Shown here in pieces: positions 40,279 through 53,396 of a stretch of DNA of 64,000 nucleotides. Location: contig DF236962.1 in assembly GCA_000708835.1 (NCBI GenBank), positions 1 to 64,000 of the forward strand, given 5' to 3'. Positions within the stretch are counted from its first letter, which is position 1, and the number at the start of each line of letters is the position of its first letter. Below the pieces are notes generated by a model. The model was not told where the DNA came from. It did no database searches and saw only the letters and a program-made list of their open reading frames with translations. A program made the translations under genes and the position numbers. This DNA comes from Klebsormidium nitens. Lineage: Eukaryota; Plantae; Klebsormidiophyceae.

Positions 40279-40485
40279 GGTTTCTTTGGGCTGTTACGGG
40301 ATGGGCTCGTACATAAGGGTGGGTTAATTTTGAGTGTTGCCATTGAAAGGGACGGGCTGATGCATGTTCATCGTAGTCCACGGAATTGTGAGAAGCATAT
40401 CTTGCATGCAATTCATGGGCTGCATGGCATTCCGCAATGCACGTGCCTCAGGTTCGATATGACCTTACCTGGGGCCGGCCAAATG

Positions 40486-40533
40486 CCAGAATTATTTGTT
40501 GTTCACTGCCCAGAATTATTTGTTGTTCACTGC
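40486..40533 (+). repeat. Perfect 24-bp tandem duplication
   Basis: CCAGAATTATTTGTTGTTCACTGC x2, between the convergent 3' ends of CCDC40 and the secreted-protein gene. Confidence 0.9.
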
Positions 40534-40889
40534 TAGACTCACTTTGGTAACTCCTAAGACGGGAGATCCAATCGCAAACTGAAAGAGATTTTGGAGTTCT
40601 TCCATGCCTAATGGCTGTCAAAGCGAAGGTGTAACAAACTATCCATTATGGTATTGCCTAGTCGAGTTTATATGCACGTTGTCATGTTCGCCTCAAGGCG
40701 GCATGCAATAATCTGGTACCTAATGCATTAATGAGAGTGATTAGAACATGCCCCCGCAACGCCTGTGCACCAGATTTTGTAGTGTTTAGACCTTCCAATT
40801 GCTGAAGCAGCAACTATCAGATGTGGAGCTACGACGATATACTACTTAAATGCAAATAGTCCGCGTGCAAAGCCGCCTTATAACCACCC

Positions 40890-43800
40890 TCACCCTGGCC
40901 CACCGCCGCCGCCGTTATTGTTAGAAGTGCATAAGCCCGTCACACAAAAAGGAGAGAGGGTCCCGATGCATCGTTTACCACAACGCCCGCAATTCGCGGG
41001 GTCACTGCTGGGGTCACTGCAAGCGTTGTTGCAGCATTTCTGGCCGACAGGGCACGCGACCGTCCCGCACAGACATTGGCACTGCGAGCTTGTGGACGCT
41101 TGAAGGAGCCGCCGACCGGTGACCACGGACAGTCCCGGAGAATTGGAGACACCGGTTGGTGTGCGATCCCTCATGTCAGCCTTCATCTGCAGCAGCATGA
41201 TGTGCGGACGTATCAATGACCCTGCCCTTCGAAATAATACCTCTATCTTGAAGTGGCGAATTGATCACGAGCTTAACTTTGCCACAAAATTGGAAATTTG
41301 AATCCCTACCTTCTATGCCTTTTCCGTAGTTTTCCCAGTCATCAAATGTATCGTTACAGATAGCCTATAGGCACCAGCAAAACGGACTTATGGTTCATTG
41401 TCAGTTGAATAGTTGCTAAAGTGACTCAAAGGATTCTCAAGACGATATGAATTTTCTGTTCGGAATCAAGCGATGGCATTGGCCAAGAAGACTGCGTGAA
41501 CGAGAAGGACCGTAACAATCACACGAAATGGAGCAGAGATGTCCAATAGGTTTTCTTGCAGCATTGGCGTCCTTAAGCACGCCAAAGACATTTGGTTCGT
41601 CGTACCTTCTTGAAGCGACTGAAAGAGCAGTCGGTTGCGGTCAAGCCAGACGTCGCATAGTCATCGTCTGTGCCTTCGACGTACTCTCGGTGCAGCAAGC
41701 CTTCAAGTGTTCCCATCTGCAAGCGCTCCTCGATGGCGCCGGGTGCGTACATCTGGCCGACGAACTGCGGAAAGAAGAGGAGGAACTAGAGTTCGATTAA
41801 GTTTTGTATATATTGCCGCTTCTGCACTAGGGTTAAGCTGGATCACTAGGACTATCTCGCGGCCAACCAAACCTTGGCAGAGCTCTGCCAATATCGGACC
41901 ATCGTTTCCCTAGTCTGAACGTCATGTTGAACGAGCAATCAACGTGCTCCTGCTTACGGTCATGTGTGCCAGCATTGCGACTTCGTACAAGGCTTTTTGG
42001 GCAGCCGTTTGAACGAAGGTCTGAGAAATATTGCATGCGTGCGCGCTACACAAAAAGAGTTTTGCAGCAAGACAGGCGAGCAACAATGGCAGAATCTGTC
42101 ATATTAACGAGGAGCCATGAAGAAGGAATTAGACTAAACCGTGCAGGACAATTTTTGAACCTTCCTATACAAAGCGGCTTGTTGACCAGGTTTGAGACCG
42201 GGCAGATGGCCGGAATGGTCGTCTGCTTCTCAAGTTGCGAAAACATCTCTGGGTCGAACAAAGCATATCGTTGAGAAAATCGTTCGCGGCTTTCTTCATT
42301 TAATTCTTGGTTAAGTGATCACGACACAGGTCTTCGTTGTTTACCAGATTTAATGGCTGTAGAGTACTCACCCCATGGACTTCGGGCGTAGTGGCAATCA
42401 TCTGTATGTCGAAGCTTAGGCTATAGATTGGGGGGTCGGAAATGATCTCGGAATCAGCCTCCACCCTAACCTCCATTTTCAAATGATCAGGGATGGTGAT
42501 CTCCACGAAGGTCCTGAACTCGGAGTGGTACTTTATGGAGAACGTCTCGTCGGGACTAGTCCAGGTAGACACTCCTTCGGGTACCTGCATGAACCACCGT
42601 TGTTCAAATACAGTCCCTCAATCCTAGCGGAACTTATTGTGTCCGAGTCTGATTCGAGCACTGGCTATTTGGCCATGCGACCACATGAGGTAGGGAAGGT
42701 CAGAAACAGTCAGAGAATGAAAGAGTCCGCGACGAAAACTCCAACACGCTGGACTTCTAGAAACTATTTTTTGTGTCCTTGCTACCCCAGGAACTTAAAG
42801 GGAAAGATGTCAGGCAAGAGCTCACCGAGATTTGAGTGTCGTCCCCAGAATACAGAATTGCAAAAGGTTCTTCGAGATCAGTTCGCGCGCTTGTTTGGTT
42901 TAGGACGATCGCCAAAGCTCGTTCATGATTGTCGTCTTCTGGCTTGGAATAGATGACTCCAATTGCATCTATCCAAGTGCCCTCAAAGAAGGAGTCCTCA
43001 GCTTCCACAGCTCGATGGAGGATGTTGACATCTGGAGGCAAATTGAACATGCGTGCATTCAACTGCAGCCAATGAGACCGTCGGGTTAGAAGGGAGAACA
43101 TAGCGATCAGGCACATTGGAAAGATTTCCAGCTAAAGAGGCAAGCACCACTACGAGTAGCGCTGCCGTAAGAAAAAGGTAATGTCTGTCCAAAACAGGCT
43201 TCACATGTCATACTTCGTTTGACAGGGATTTCGCATTGGTTGACGTTGTATAAACCTTAGGCATGGCCGCTCTCCGTTATCTCCTTATGCTGCTTATGTG
43301 TACTGTGAGCCCTGGAAAACCAGCTTGAACAAGGCAAAGATCTCACGGTCTGGGCCTTCTAACTCTGATTTTGTTGGGGCCACAATTTTTACCCCTCGAA
43401 TGACATTGAGCTTTCAGTGCTTGTGATGCCTTCTGCTTACGTAGCTTTGCAGGTTGCCAGTTGGATCAACAGAGCCTTTCGAAAACCAGGACTCTCATAC
43501 TAGGCTCTAAGAGTGTCAAAGCTGCGAGGAAGGCAACAAACTTTGAGCCCCAGCCTGAGGGCCACCTGACTTAAGGGTATGACAAAGCAATACGCAGGTT
43601 ATTGCTTGGAGACGAGCTTTGCACTGAGGAAGCTTCTCTGCTGGTCTTTTCCACTTAAGTTGAAGGGTTCTAGCCAGACGCTTACATGAATGCAGAAGCA
43701 GCTCAGACGCGTTGCCTCCTTAGAATGGTTACGACTTACGCTGAGGGAATTGTCTGTGATCATGCAGTAGCTCTGATTGCCCTTGCCGTGGAAGTCCCAA

Positions 43801-45780
43801 GTGAGCTGCTGGCCACTTTGGGGGACAGTAAGAACGAGATGAGGATCCCCGGTTCCCCCCACAACAACTGCAAGACAGAACTCTGGTCCGCTCTTCGACA
43901 TGCCAAGCTCAACCTGCAAGTTGATTAGATTCCCACAGGGTGCATCCTAAGGGGTGTAATCGGCAATTCATACAGAAACACTAGACCAAATGTTGGGAGC
44001 AATGCAGGAGGGCCACTGCGCATCTCAAGGCCATTGATAGTTGACCCTCTGGCTTGCACTAGCCCAACATTTGATTGACACGCACAAGATAACTGACAAC
44101 TTTCTTCAGAAGGAAGGCCTCAAGAAGGAAGGCCTCAACAGACCTCCATCTCTTCCGTCCCGCCTAAGGCGTTCGATTTGCAGACTAGGTCTGTCCTTGC
44201 CACATTTGAACCAGGCACGAGTGCCAGCAAAGCCTGGGAAAGGCTTCAACCAGCTGGTGCTGAGGGAGGACAGCTATGAGGGAGACGGCTAATCATCAAG
44301 CGGAGGGGACGGCGGCTCGCCAGAGGCAATACCTTCGGATAAGGTACTACTGACTTTTGAGGGCACTCACCGGTCTTCAAGTATGCGGTGATGAACGTAT
44401 CTGCGTATCCAGCTATCATGGTGGAATTGAGCCAGCAGCAGTTTTCAACATTCCTGTACACAATGCCAACGCATGCGGAATCCTTGTCGCAGCGGGAGAT
44501 GCAATCGGAGACTCTCTCCTGAGTCGCACTACTGCCGCACTGGCCAGGGTTGGTGGGGCCTGTCGTGGGGATGATGTCGTTGCCTGGATAGTTCTGCACA
44601 GCAGGCGGACAAAGCGTCTTAAGTGAAGAATGCACATCGCGACACGTGTTCTTCCTGTTCCTAAGAGGGAAGGCCTTGTTGCGTGCCTTGGAGGTGCCTT
44701 TCTGTATCTTGAAGTGTCTTTGAGTGTCGATGAGAAGGGAGCGCTCGCGGGCGTGTTGGCAATCAGATCGGCACTGACACCGAAAACCATTGTGACCAGC
44801 TCTTTTACCTCTTCTTTGAAGTGGACCCTCTACTTTGACCCAACAGTTGGACAACTAGTACTGACAAAGTTGTTGGCGGTCTGAAGGAGAAGGTACGCTC
44901 ATAAACACTTCCGGTCAGACTTCCATACTAACAGACCTCCACTTGCAGGTACACAATTGTGGACTTACCATACCATCCTTGAGATCGTATCCGGGGTAGC
45001 CTGCATTCGGAGTTGCAAAAATAGACTGGGTTCAGATCACAACCCTGGACCACCAAAGTGCCGATCAGGCGCGTAATTGTTCAACAACAGACTTTAATCA
45101 AACACCGCAGCTTGGTTGGAGAGTTGGTCGGTCTCGTAAGGATGGTCACGTGCACAATCCCTGTTCTCTCCAGTTGTGGCCGCTGTTTGAGCACAAAGCA
45201 AGATTGCAATTGTCTTTGCCAAGAAGCTCAAAAGATTCTGTTCGCAGTTCAGCTGTTTCTCTGGCTTTTATCTTGTAGGCAGGCCAATGATGCAGACTGG
45301 AGGAAGATCCTCAACAGATCCTTAGCTACAAGGTGCAGATATCTCTTGCAATGCTGCAACTACGTGCTTCAGCTGTCCCACCGTGTGAAGTCACAAACCC
45401 GAAGCCTTTCTGCAATGTCCAGTCATTCAACAATATATGCAACACCATGGCATACTATGAGCAACATGGTTACAATACTCAGACCAGCTCACCCCCACAA
45501 GAAGCACTATCAGAGGAGGTAGTGCCAGCACATAGGAAACCCCCACCGCAACAGGTGGCGCCACACTTGACTCCACACGACTTGCTGCAACAAATAGGAC
45601 CTTGAAGGGAGTGGGTACAATGGTCGTCGGTGAGGCATGAAGTCGAACTAACTGGAGCCAGGATTGAGCAACTCGTCATGACAAGAAGAGCAAAGCTGCT
45701 CTCAGCAGCGCAGTACTGGCAGAGCCAAAACCCGCGTCGCTGATGATAGTCCGGGCTCTTCCCTTTCTTACTGGCGCCAT
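40890..45780 (-). CDS. Secreted multidomain protein (~520-536 aa): signal peptide, Cys-rich module, PAN/apple, root-cap/VWD-like domain (GDPH), RRLL, STIG1-like Cys-rich C-terminus
   Basis: Phase-consistent exons 45780-45772 (tentative; alternative start at 45679), 45715-45493, 45000-44969, 44593-44371, 43867-43740, 43062-42826, 42584-42372, 41764-41606, 41364-41310, 41221-40890. PAN-like NYPGNDI..DCISRCDKDSACVG..CCWL. Root-cap-like GDPH..WDFHGKGNQSYCMITDNSLSLNA..TWIDAIGV..VHGFVGQ..Y.TSGL..TDCSFSRF. STIG1-like CC...CSDPSSDPANCGRCGKRC. The acceptor of the last exon is weak. Confidence 0.75.
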
Positions 45781-46841
45781 GTCCTCAATACAAACCTAAG
45801 TCAGCCGACAGGTGCGCCCGTTACTGGCTGACCCTGCGGCCGTCCTGAAAGCAGAAAGCAGAGTGAGCTGAAACAAGGACCTGGAGCAACGCCTGAGCTA
45901 CACCCACTCCTTAAAAATAGATGTTGCTTGCACAGAAAAAACCAATATCCTCGCAAGAAGAGCTTCCTATTTTGTAGAACAATTTGACAACGTCACGGTC
46001 TGATTGAAGTTGAACAGCAGACAACAACGACTCTCTGCAAGACTTCTTCCACCACTGACTTCGACTGATCTGCATCATGCATCATACGAATCATGCTGGA
46101 AAGTGACTCACCAGGTCGGACCAGCTAACAGCATCCCCAAGTCACACGCGCATTAACTGTAGTAATTACTGCAGAGAACAAGGCTCAACGGAAAATGGTC
46201 AAAGCGAACAATATGCATCATGCACCTTCTCTTAGACTTTAGCTTTGCGGTACCTACTAGGTACCAACAACCAGCTACCTGTACGGGTACGGGTACTTAT
46301 TAAAACATTGTAGGTATTGCCTCGAGACCCCCAAGTCCCAAGTTCCAACACTGGCAACAGGCGAGCCGGCATGTCATGAAGATACCAGTACTTCATAGGT
46401 GTGCAGTGTACACACTGCACTGCATTTGTCCATGCCAGAAATTGCGAATTGAAAGCAGCCTGAGGCTAATAGAGGCGTCGCTGTGTGGCCGTTCGACCGA
46501 CAGTTCCTGCGTGATTGGACCATCTGATCCGTTGATTGTACGGCGTGATTTGTTGAGGGTAAATGCATCATGCACAAGCAAGTTATAAGGATTTGGGTTG
46601 GGTTAGACCGGGTTTATTGAATCACGTGTCTCACATGGTCAACTTTAACCTACCCTATTGCGAATCTCAATTGTCGATCGCCAATTTGACCCGCGCGTGC
46701 CGGCGGCCGCGCTATCTCGACCACGTGGTTAAACGTGGAACTCACCTTTGAGCTTAACCCGTTCCGAACCCGCTGCGACTGCTGGGCACAGAAGCGAAGG
46801 GAGGGAAGGTGAACTTGAAGGTCGGCCGCCTACAGGGGCCA

Positions 46842-49800
46842 ATGGCGGGCCACCTTAACCTGGTCGACCAGCTTCCAGCAGGGTTGCTCGAAAAGATCAC
46901 CGATGCGGACTGGGCCACTGATGCGAGAAGGGAGCAGAGCTGCGGGCTGGTGGGAGAGTTCCTGAGCCGTCAGGCAGATTTCGCATCTCTAGTTGGCCAG
47001 CTCACGCAGGTGGAGGGGAGCCCCCTGGAAAAGTTTTGGGGTGGTGCTGAAGAATGGAGGAAGAGGGGCAATGAGGCGTTCAAAATTGGGGCGCGGGCGA
47101 AGGCGGTGGAGTGCTATACCAAGGTAAGAAGAATGAACGCAGCGAAGATGTGATGCGGGCAAAGAGTCCAAGGAGTGCCACCTGTACCACCTTTGTTGCC
47201 ACTTGCTACTTTTATTGGAGAATGGATTATCATGCGATCATAGCAGTATTTGATTAGTTGGTGCCACCACCTTCTGTGGTGCAACCAGGAACCTTCTGCG
47301 CCGCCACCTAAGATGAAGGGAAATGCACAATTGTAATCTCATGATTGATCATCATAAGAGGTGCAGAAAAGGGCGCGTTCAAGCGTCCCTTCGGAATAGA
47401 TATGGGTGTTTCAAGTTTTGTTGCCTGCCACCTTCAATGTGCTCATGTGGTGGGGGCCTTGAGCGCAGCTTCCATTCTGCTTTGAAGGAGTGCTGCCGAA
47501 TGCAGTCGCCCGTGACGCTTGACCATGGCAATCTCTGATAGACCATGAACGCCCCCTTAAGCTGTCGCAGCCTGGCTATGCATCGAAACATGATTCAATT
47601 GCGGTAGTTCTCTCCTTTGAAGCCCTCCTTGACACCTCATGATTCAGCCCCCCTTCTCTGCAGGCGCTGCAGTTTGCCCCCAGCGATGGCGCCTCCGGCA
47701 GCGCCCCCCTGGCGCCTCTCTTCTCCAATCGGGCGGCCGCTCTGGAGAAACTGGGAGAGGCTGCCGCAGCACTTACTGACTGCGCTCGAGCCATCGAAGT
47801 GGATCCTCAGTTCAGCAAGGCATGGTATCGGAGGGGAAAAGCACGGGCTGCGCTGAAGGACCTCTCTGGAGCTGTAGGCGATCTTGAAACAGCGCTGGAG
47901 ATTGAGAGTGGGGGATCTTCCTCGCCTGAGTTGAGGGGTGGTGGGGTAGGGGCGAAGGTCAAAAGCTTAGGGAAAGGGGTAGCGGACGCAAGAAGGGATA
48001 CCTCCAAAAGCGGCGCAGAGGCGACAAAGGGGGTGGTAGCGTCAGGGAGCGCCAAGCAGATTGCAATTGAGCTGGAGAAAGTGCGGGCCTTGTTAGCAAG
48101 TGGGGAGCATCCAGCCAAATCAGATGACGCACAAGCAGCCACACGGCAGAAAAATCCGGAGAGAGGGAAAGTTGCCCATTTGGAAAGCCTCTCAGTATCC
48201 GAGTTTGAATTTCGACAGGGGCTCGAGCAGCCAACATCCTTGCTGGCAGGCGCAGAGGTGTTTCATCACTCAGGGAGTGGGCGGGGGCTGAGAGGTACAA
48301 GGTCATTCGCACCAGGGGATGTTGTGTTGGCTGAGGAGCCCTTTGCGGCTGTTCTGCTGAAAGAGCGGCGAGCGACGCACTGTCACCACTGCTTTAAGGC
48401 GCTTCCGCTTAACTCTCTTCCCTGCAGCGGGTGTGCGGGACCGCTGTTTTGTCGGGAGAGGTGCCGGGACGCTGCGCTTGAGAGAGCGTTGGTGGAAGAC
48501 GTAACCTCGAAAGATACTGGAGAGGGGGAAGAGGAGGTTGAAAGGAGAAGCGCAGAACGGAGGTCGATTGAACCAGACAGAGTCGCAGACAGGTCGGTCA
48601 AAGAGGGCTCGAAGAGGGTGTCGGATTGTGAGAGGTCCGAAAGCGGGCAGGGTGCAGAAAGCAAGTGGAACGGAGAACATGCCCACGAGTGTGGGGGTGC
48701 CAGCTGGGCTGCAATTCTCCCCCTCGATGCAGTGCTTGCGGTGCGAGTGCTAGCCAGGCTTGGAAGGAAACAAGCTGCAGGATGCGACGGGCCAGTGGCT
48801 GATGACTTGGGTGCTTCAAAGGTAGGCCGATCAGCTTCCTCGTGAATCCTCCAATGGCAGTGTCAGTGCTAAGTGGCCATCTTCTAGAAGGATCTTGATC
48901 CAAGATGTACGTCTCGTTCCACATGTAAGCAATATCCAAATCTGCTTGCTATGTGGACGCCTCGTACATCTGAATCTTGTGAGCCTGGATTTTCCTGGTT
49001 TTACACCGGCTTCGAGGCGACATTCTAAAAAACCGTTTACATCCAGATGTCTGTGTGTCTCTGTTGTTAAGCTTCTTCTCTGCTTTTGTGGAAGGACTGG
49101 GTGTGATATGAAGCAGATTCTGGTGTCGTTGCCAGCTTCGAAAGCTTTTCCTTGGCTTTAGGCTTTTGCTTGGCGATTACGTTTGATTTTGACATCACCA
49201 GGGGCACATTTCAAGGACCCTCCCGTACAGGAGACAAGAACTTCCAGAATCTTGTTTCCTTTGGCCAATGACCAGCCTCTTTTTCTCCAGGTCTCCTCTT
49301 TGTGCCACCACCTCGACCGCGTCCCAACCTCCGAGCGGCCCACGCTGCTCGTGCTCGCCTGCACTGCCGCTCGGTGCGCCCAAGCCTCGGGGAATGACGT
49401 CACACCTGCAGACGTGCTGCTGACGATCGGCCGCCTCAGAGCGAACGTGATGGCGGTCAATGATGTCACCTGGACTGCTGGGCGCTCAGAAGAGCGGGCG
49501 GAGAGTCCGTTCCAAGGAGCGAATGGTGCAACGGAACGGGAAAGGGCAAAGACTGGTTCCGCAGGGAACCACACGGAAACGCTTCTGAGCGGGAAGAACG
49601 GGGAAGCAGAAGTTGGTCGGCATCCTGCGTTGAAAGACAAATCTAGAGATGGTTTTCTGCGGACAGAGGGGATGACGGAATCACAGTCGAAGGTTGATCC
49701 CAGTCTCGTTTTCGAGCAAGTACAGCTGGGCCAGGCGCTCTACCCGACCGCCAGTCTGCTTAACCACTCCTGTGACCCCAGCGCGGCAGTCTCGTTTGCG

Positions 49801-52338
49801 GGTGACCGGGTCTGTGTCAGGGCGGTGAAGCGGCTTCAGCCTGGGGAGGAGCTGACTCTGAGCTACGGGCCGCAGAAAGGGGAGACGCGGACCGCGGACC
49901 GCAGGAAGTGGCTCTGGGAGCGGTACGCGTTTGTGTGCAACTGCGGGGCGTGTGCAGGGGTGAGCATACTGTAGTTTGTCAAGTTTTCTCTGCGAAAGGT
50001 GCTTGAAGGTTGCGTCGGGGAATTTGTTGAGGGGCGCAGAGCCACACGTCTTTCTTTTTGCGGCCCCTCTTTGCCCCTTCCATTGAAAGTAGAACCCGGG
50101 CGGGGAAATGCTTCATTGTCTTGGAAGATACTTGAGGGGCACATCTGGTTTTTACCATATGTTCAGACCATGCATCCCATTCCAAAGGGATACTTGTTTC
50201 TAATGGCGAGCCGTTCAAGTCTTGCTTGCAATTGACCTCAGAGATGAGCGTTCGACGTGACAGAGCCGGTACCTTAACTTCATTCGGTCACTTTTGCCGC
50301 CATGCTCAGACAAACTCGCTTCCTGACCCCAGGATCAGACGTCGGACGTCCTCATGACCGGCCTCAAGTGTCCGCAATCCAAGTGCGGGGGTGTCGTGCC
50401 CCAGCATTCTGCCGTCGGAACCTTCCGCTTCCTGGTATCAGGAGATGCCCTCCAACCAGACGAAGACCGTGCCGCCACAAACGGTGCCCCATCTAGCCTT
50501 CCGTTGGTTCCTCCGCCAGAGACAGCGGTTACGGAGACGGAACTTGACACTTCCGGAAGGGTTCAGACCGAAACCCAGTCAGGTCAGGCGAGCGGTGTCG
50601 TTGATGCGAAAGAGGGGGTGTGCTCTGACTGCGATCTGGACCCCCCCGACGTGGTGTGCCGCGAGTGCGGCGGCCGCCTGCTGTGCTTGGAGTGCGATAG
50701 CCACGTGCATCAACTGAGGAGTAAGCGGAGAGGGGGCCACGTGCGGGAACGGATACGAAGCAAAGCGGGAAGCGGAGAGAAAAACTTCGTGGGCGGATCT
50801 GAGGGCTCGCGCGAAGCGAGTGAAGCAGCCGTAGACAGTGTGTCAGCGGAAGACAGCATAGGTAAGGATAGGAAGCAGACTGAGAGCGAGGCTTTGGGGG
50901 CCCAGATAGTGGCAAGAACTGCCAATTCGCCAGCGGAAAAAGAAAAAGTCAGCTCCATGAAGGTAGAGGACAGAAACAAAGAGCATGACCGGACTGACTG
51001 TGAAACTGATACCACCGACAGGTCGACTGGGGCTGGAAACGCCCTGCTGCCATCGCAGACCAGCGGGTCTCGAGAGGCGGTCCCCACAGCAGGCGGTTCT
51101 TCCAAAGCGACACAGCATACCAGCATTCAAAATAACCCAGTTCTAATTACGGAACCAGCAAGCAGCCCGATAGATAGTAACGATTTGAGTAAAGTAGAAA
51201 GGGGTCGCTGCGCTGCGTGCGGAACGGTGGTGGACGTGTCGGAGATTATAGCGCGAGTGGAAGCTGCCTGGGCTGCGGCAAAGGGCCGCATGCCGTACCT
51301 GGAAGCAGCAGAAGAAGCGCATGCAGTGGCCACGGGAGCGCTGCACCCGCTGAACAGGAAACTCGCGGAGGTAAGATTGCGGTTTGCTTAGAGTACATTG
51401 TCTGGTTCTAGCTTAAACGGTTTTTATTTGCTTGGTACCCTTCCTATGCTTGTATGAAAGCAGATTCTTCTTCATTCTTCACTGCAGGAAGGTTACCCCT
51501 GTCTCGTCAAAAACAAACAACTAAACATCAGTCGAACAAAATCAAAGACCTTATCTCCTCTACTGTGGTGTCCTCAACATGGAAGCTGCTTCCGGAAGAC
51601 CTTTGCGGTCGGACCCGGTCTGCGTGTGAATCTTTCGCTGTCTCCGCAGCTTTGTAACGTCGCTCTCCGTGCCCTTGCAGTACGAGGACCACCTCGCGGA
51701 AGCGTGCGCCCAGGCGGGCCGCCAGGAAGACGCACGCCGCCACTGCCGCAGGTCTGTCCAGGTGAGATTCAGAATCTGCGCTTCGCTTCGTGACGGAAAA
51801 TTTGGTTCCGTTGTGTGTCCGCCGTGCCATTGATGGACTGATGACCTTCTTGAACGCCATGCTTCTTTGCGAAGCGTGGTTGTAGTTTTCGGCTGACTCA
51901 GTCGGACGAATCAAGGGATTGGCGGCACAGATCCAGCAGAAGAGATGCCCTTTTTTCTTGAAGCTAACATTGACCAGCATTGCAGGCACCAGACACTCAG
52001 GCCTATGCGATCAAAGCAGCCATGGTCATTGGTTCCAAACAGGTCCCGGGTTAACTGAGAGCTCCAGATTAGTCAAGTTGATAAGGGCTCCTTGAAAAGC
52101 AATTACCACTGTGCTGCCCTTGTGGTGGTAGCAATCGCAGTTGAAGGCAGCGTCCAGATTTCTTACCGTTTTGCCTGCGCAGATTCTTGAGTATCACTAC
52201 CCACGTGGCAGCCTCCCGCTGGCTCACGAGTTCGCGAAGCTGTCTTCAATAGCGAGGGCTGCAGCAGATGGCGACGAAGCCGCCCAGATGGCGCGGAAAG
52301 CGGAGGCTATCTTGAAAGCACACTACGGTTCGATTTAA
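46842..52338 (+). CDS. SMYD4: TPR-SET-MYND lysine methyltransferase, SMYD4-like, with an inserted B-box
   Basis: Exons 46842-47123, 47664-48821, 49291-49959, 50333-51370, 51681-51761, 52183-52338. TPR (RKRGNEAF; LFSNRAAA; KAWYRRG), SET-N (GRGLRGTRSFAPGDVV), MYND (CHHCF..C..C...FC...C..H..EC), SET-C (LYPTASLLNHSCDP; GEELTLSYG), post-SET (YAFVCNCGAC). Confidence 0.88.
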
Positions 52339-53396
52339 CGTCTTTGGATCCCGTCAGTCATGGACCCGCAGCCGTGCTCTGTCGTCAAAAGCGTTTCAGG
52401 CCCAGAGACTTCTGGACAAATTACATGGGAACGGCATCAATTGTGGCCGCGGCACCTTAAGGGCTGCCCATTCATGCCAACATACAGTAGTGCCGGCAAT
52501 CATGGATAGATGTTACAGTCTGTACTCCTATCGATCCTTGAATCCAGTCAAGCGTTGCATGGTTTCCACCTTGGGAAGGAGAGAATAGCTTTTGTGTCCA
52601 ATTCCGGAAAGAAAGGACGACGGTACGGATGAAAGCACAATCCGCATAAGTTCCAGAACTGTATGTAAGGGGCAAGCATGTGGCCGATCGAGGCTCACTT
52701 CGCCACTAATGTAACGGGATGTCTGATCAAGACCTGTTTCAAGTACTTGTGAGCATAGTACTGTCCTCACAAGTGTTGCTAAGCGCGGAGTCGAGAATGT
52801 GGTCCAATGCATGCAGTGCCTAACTAAGATACCGAAAGCCTTTAGACTATAGCGGCTGCATCTATTTCGTTTTAAGCTATAGAGCGCCATGAGGGAAGTT
52901 GGCAGTTTATATCAGCTGAAGAGCAGTGGCTCATACTTGTGAAATGGTTTATGTTGATGGTAACTGTAGTCTATTTACGCCCTTAGCCGCCATGGCCATG
53001 TGGAGCACGGTCTCCGGCAGACCCGGGACAGTTTGTTGACTCTGCCGCTTGCTAAGGGTGCAAGTCACATGTCCAAGAAACCAAGAAAGCAAGAGCTTCA
53101 AACCTACCAACGTAAAGTGACTATCCAAAACTGATTTGTATGCATCTTTTGTCTGGTGTGAACTACTGCAGAAACCTTATATTAGTTGTATGGCTGAATT
53201 GTGCGAGGTAAGAGAGACTAGGGCCTATTTGAGTCATGATGCCCTTGGTTGTAATTGATTTGCGAGTGTGTACAAGTGGGAGGGTGCCTTCGAGACGACA
53301 ATCCTCCTTGTACTAACAGCTCGGTTCGTGCCGCCAGTGTATCGCATTTGCCTTTGTCAGGTTCCCAGCAAACAATTCACACAATGCACTAAGCCT

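Noticed and set aside
44630-44884. Plus-strand ORF with a lectin-like WTLYFDPTVGQLVL stretch
   Set aside because: It lies in an intron of, and antisense to, the well-supported minus-strand secreted gene and has no splice support.
52528-52890. 120-aa minus-strand ATG ORF
   Set aside because: No recognisable motif, and composition resembles 3' UTR or intergenic DNA.
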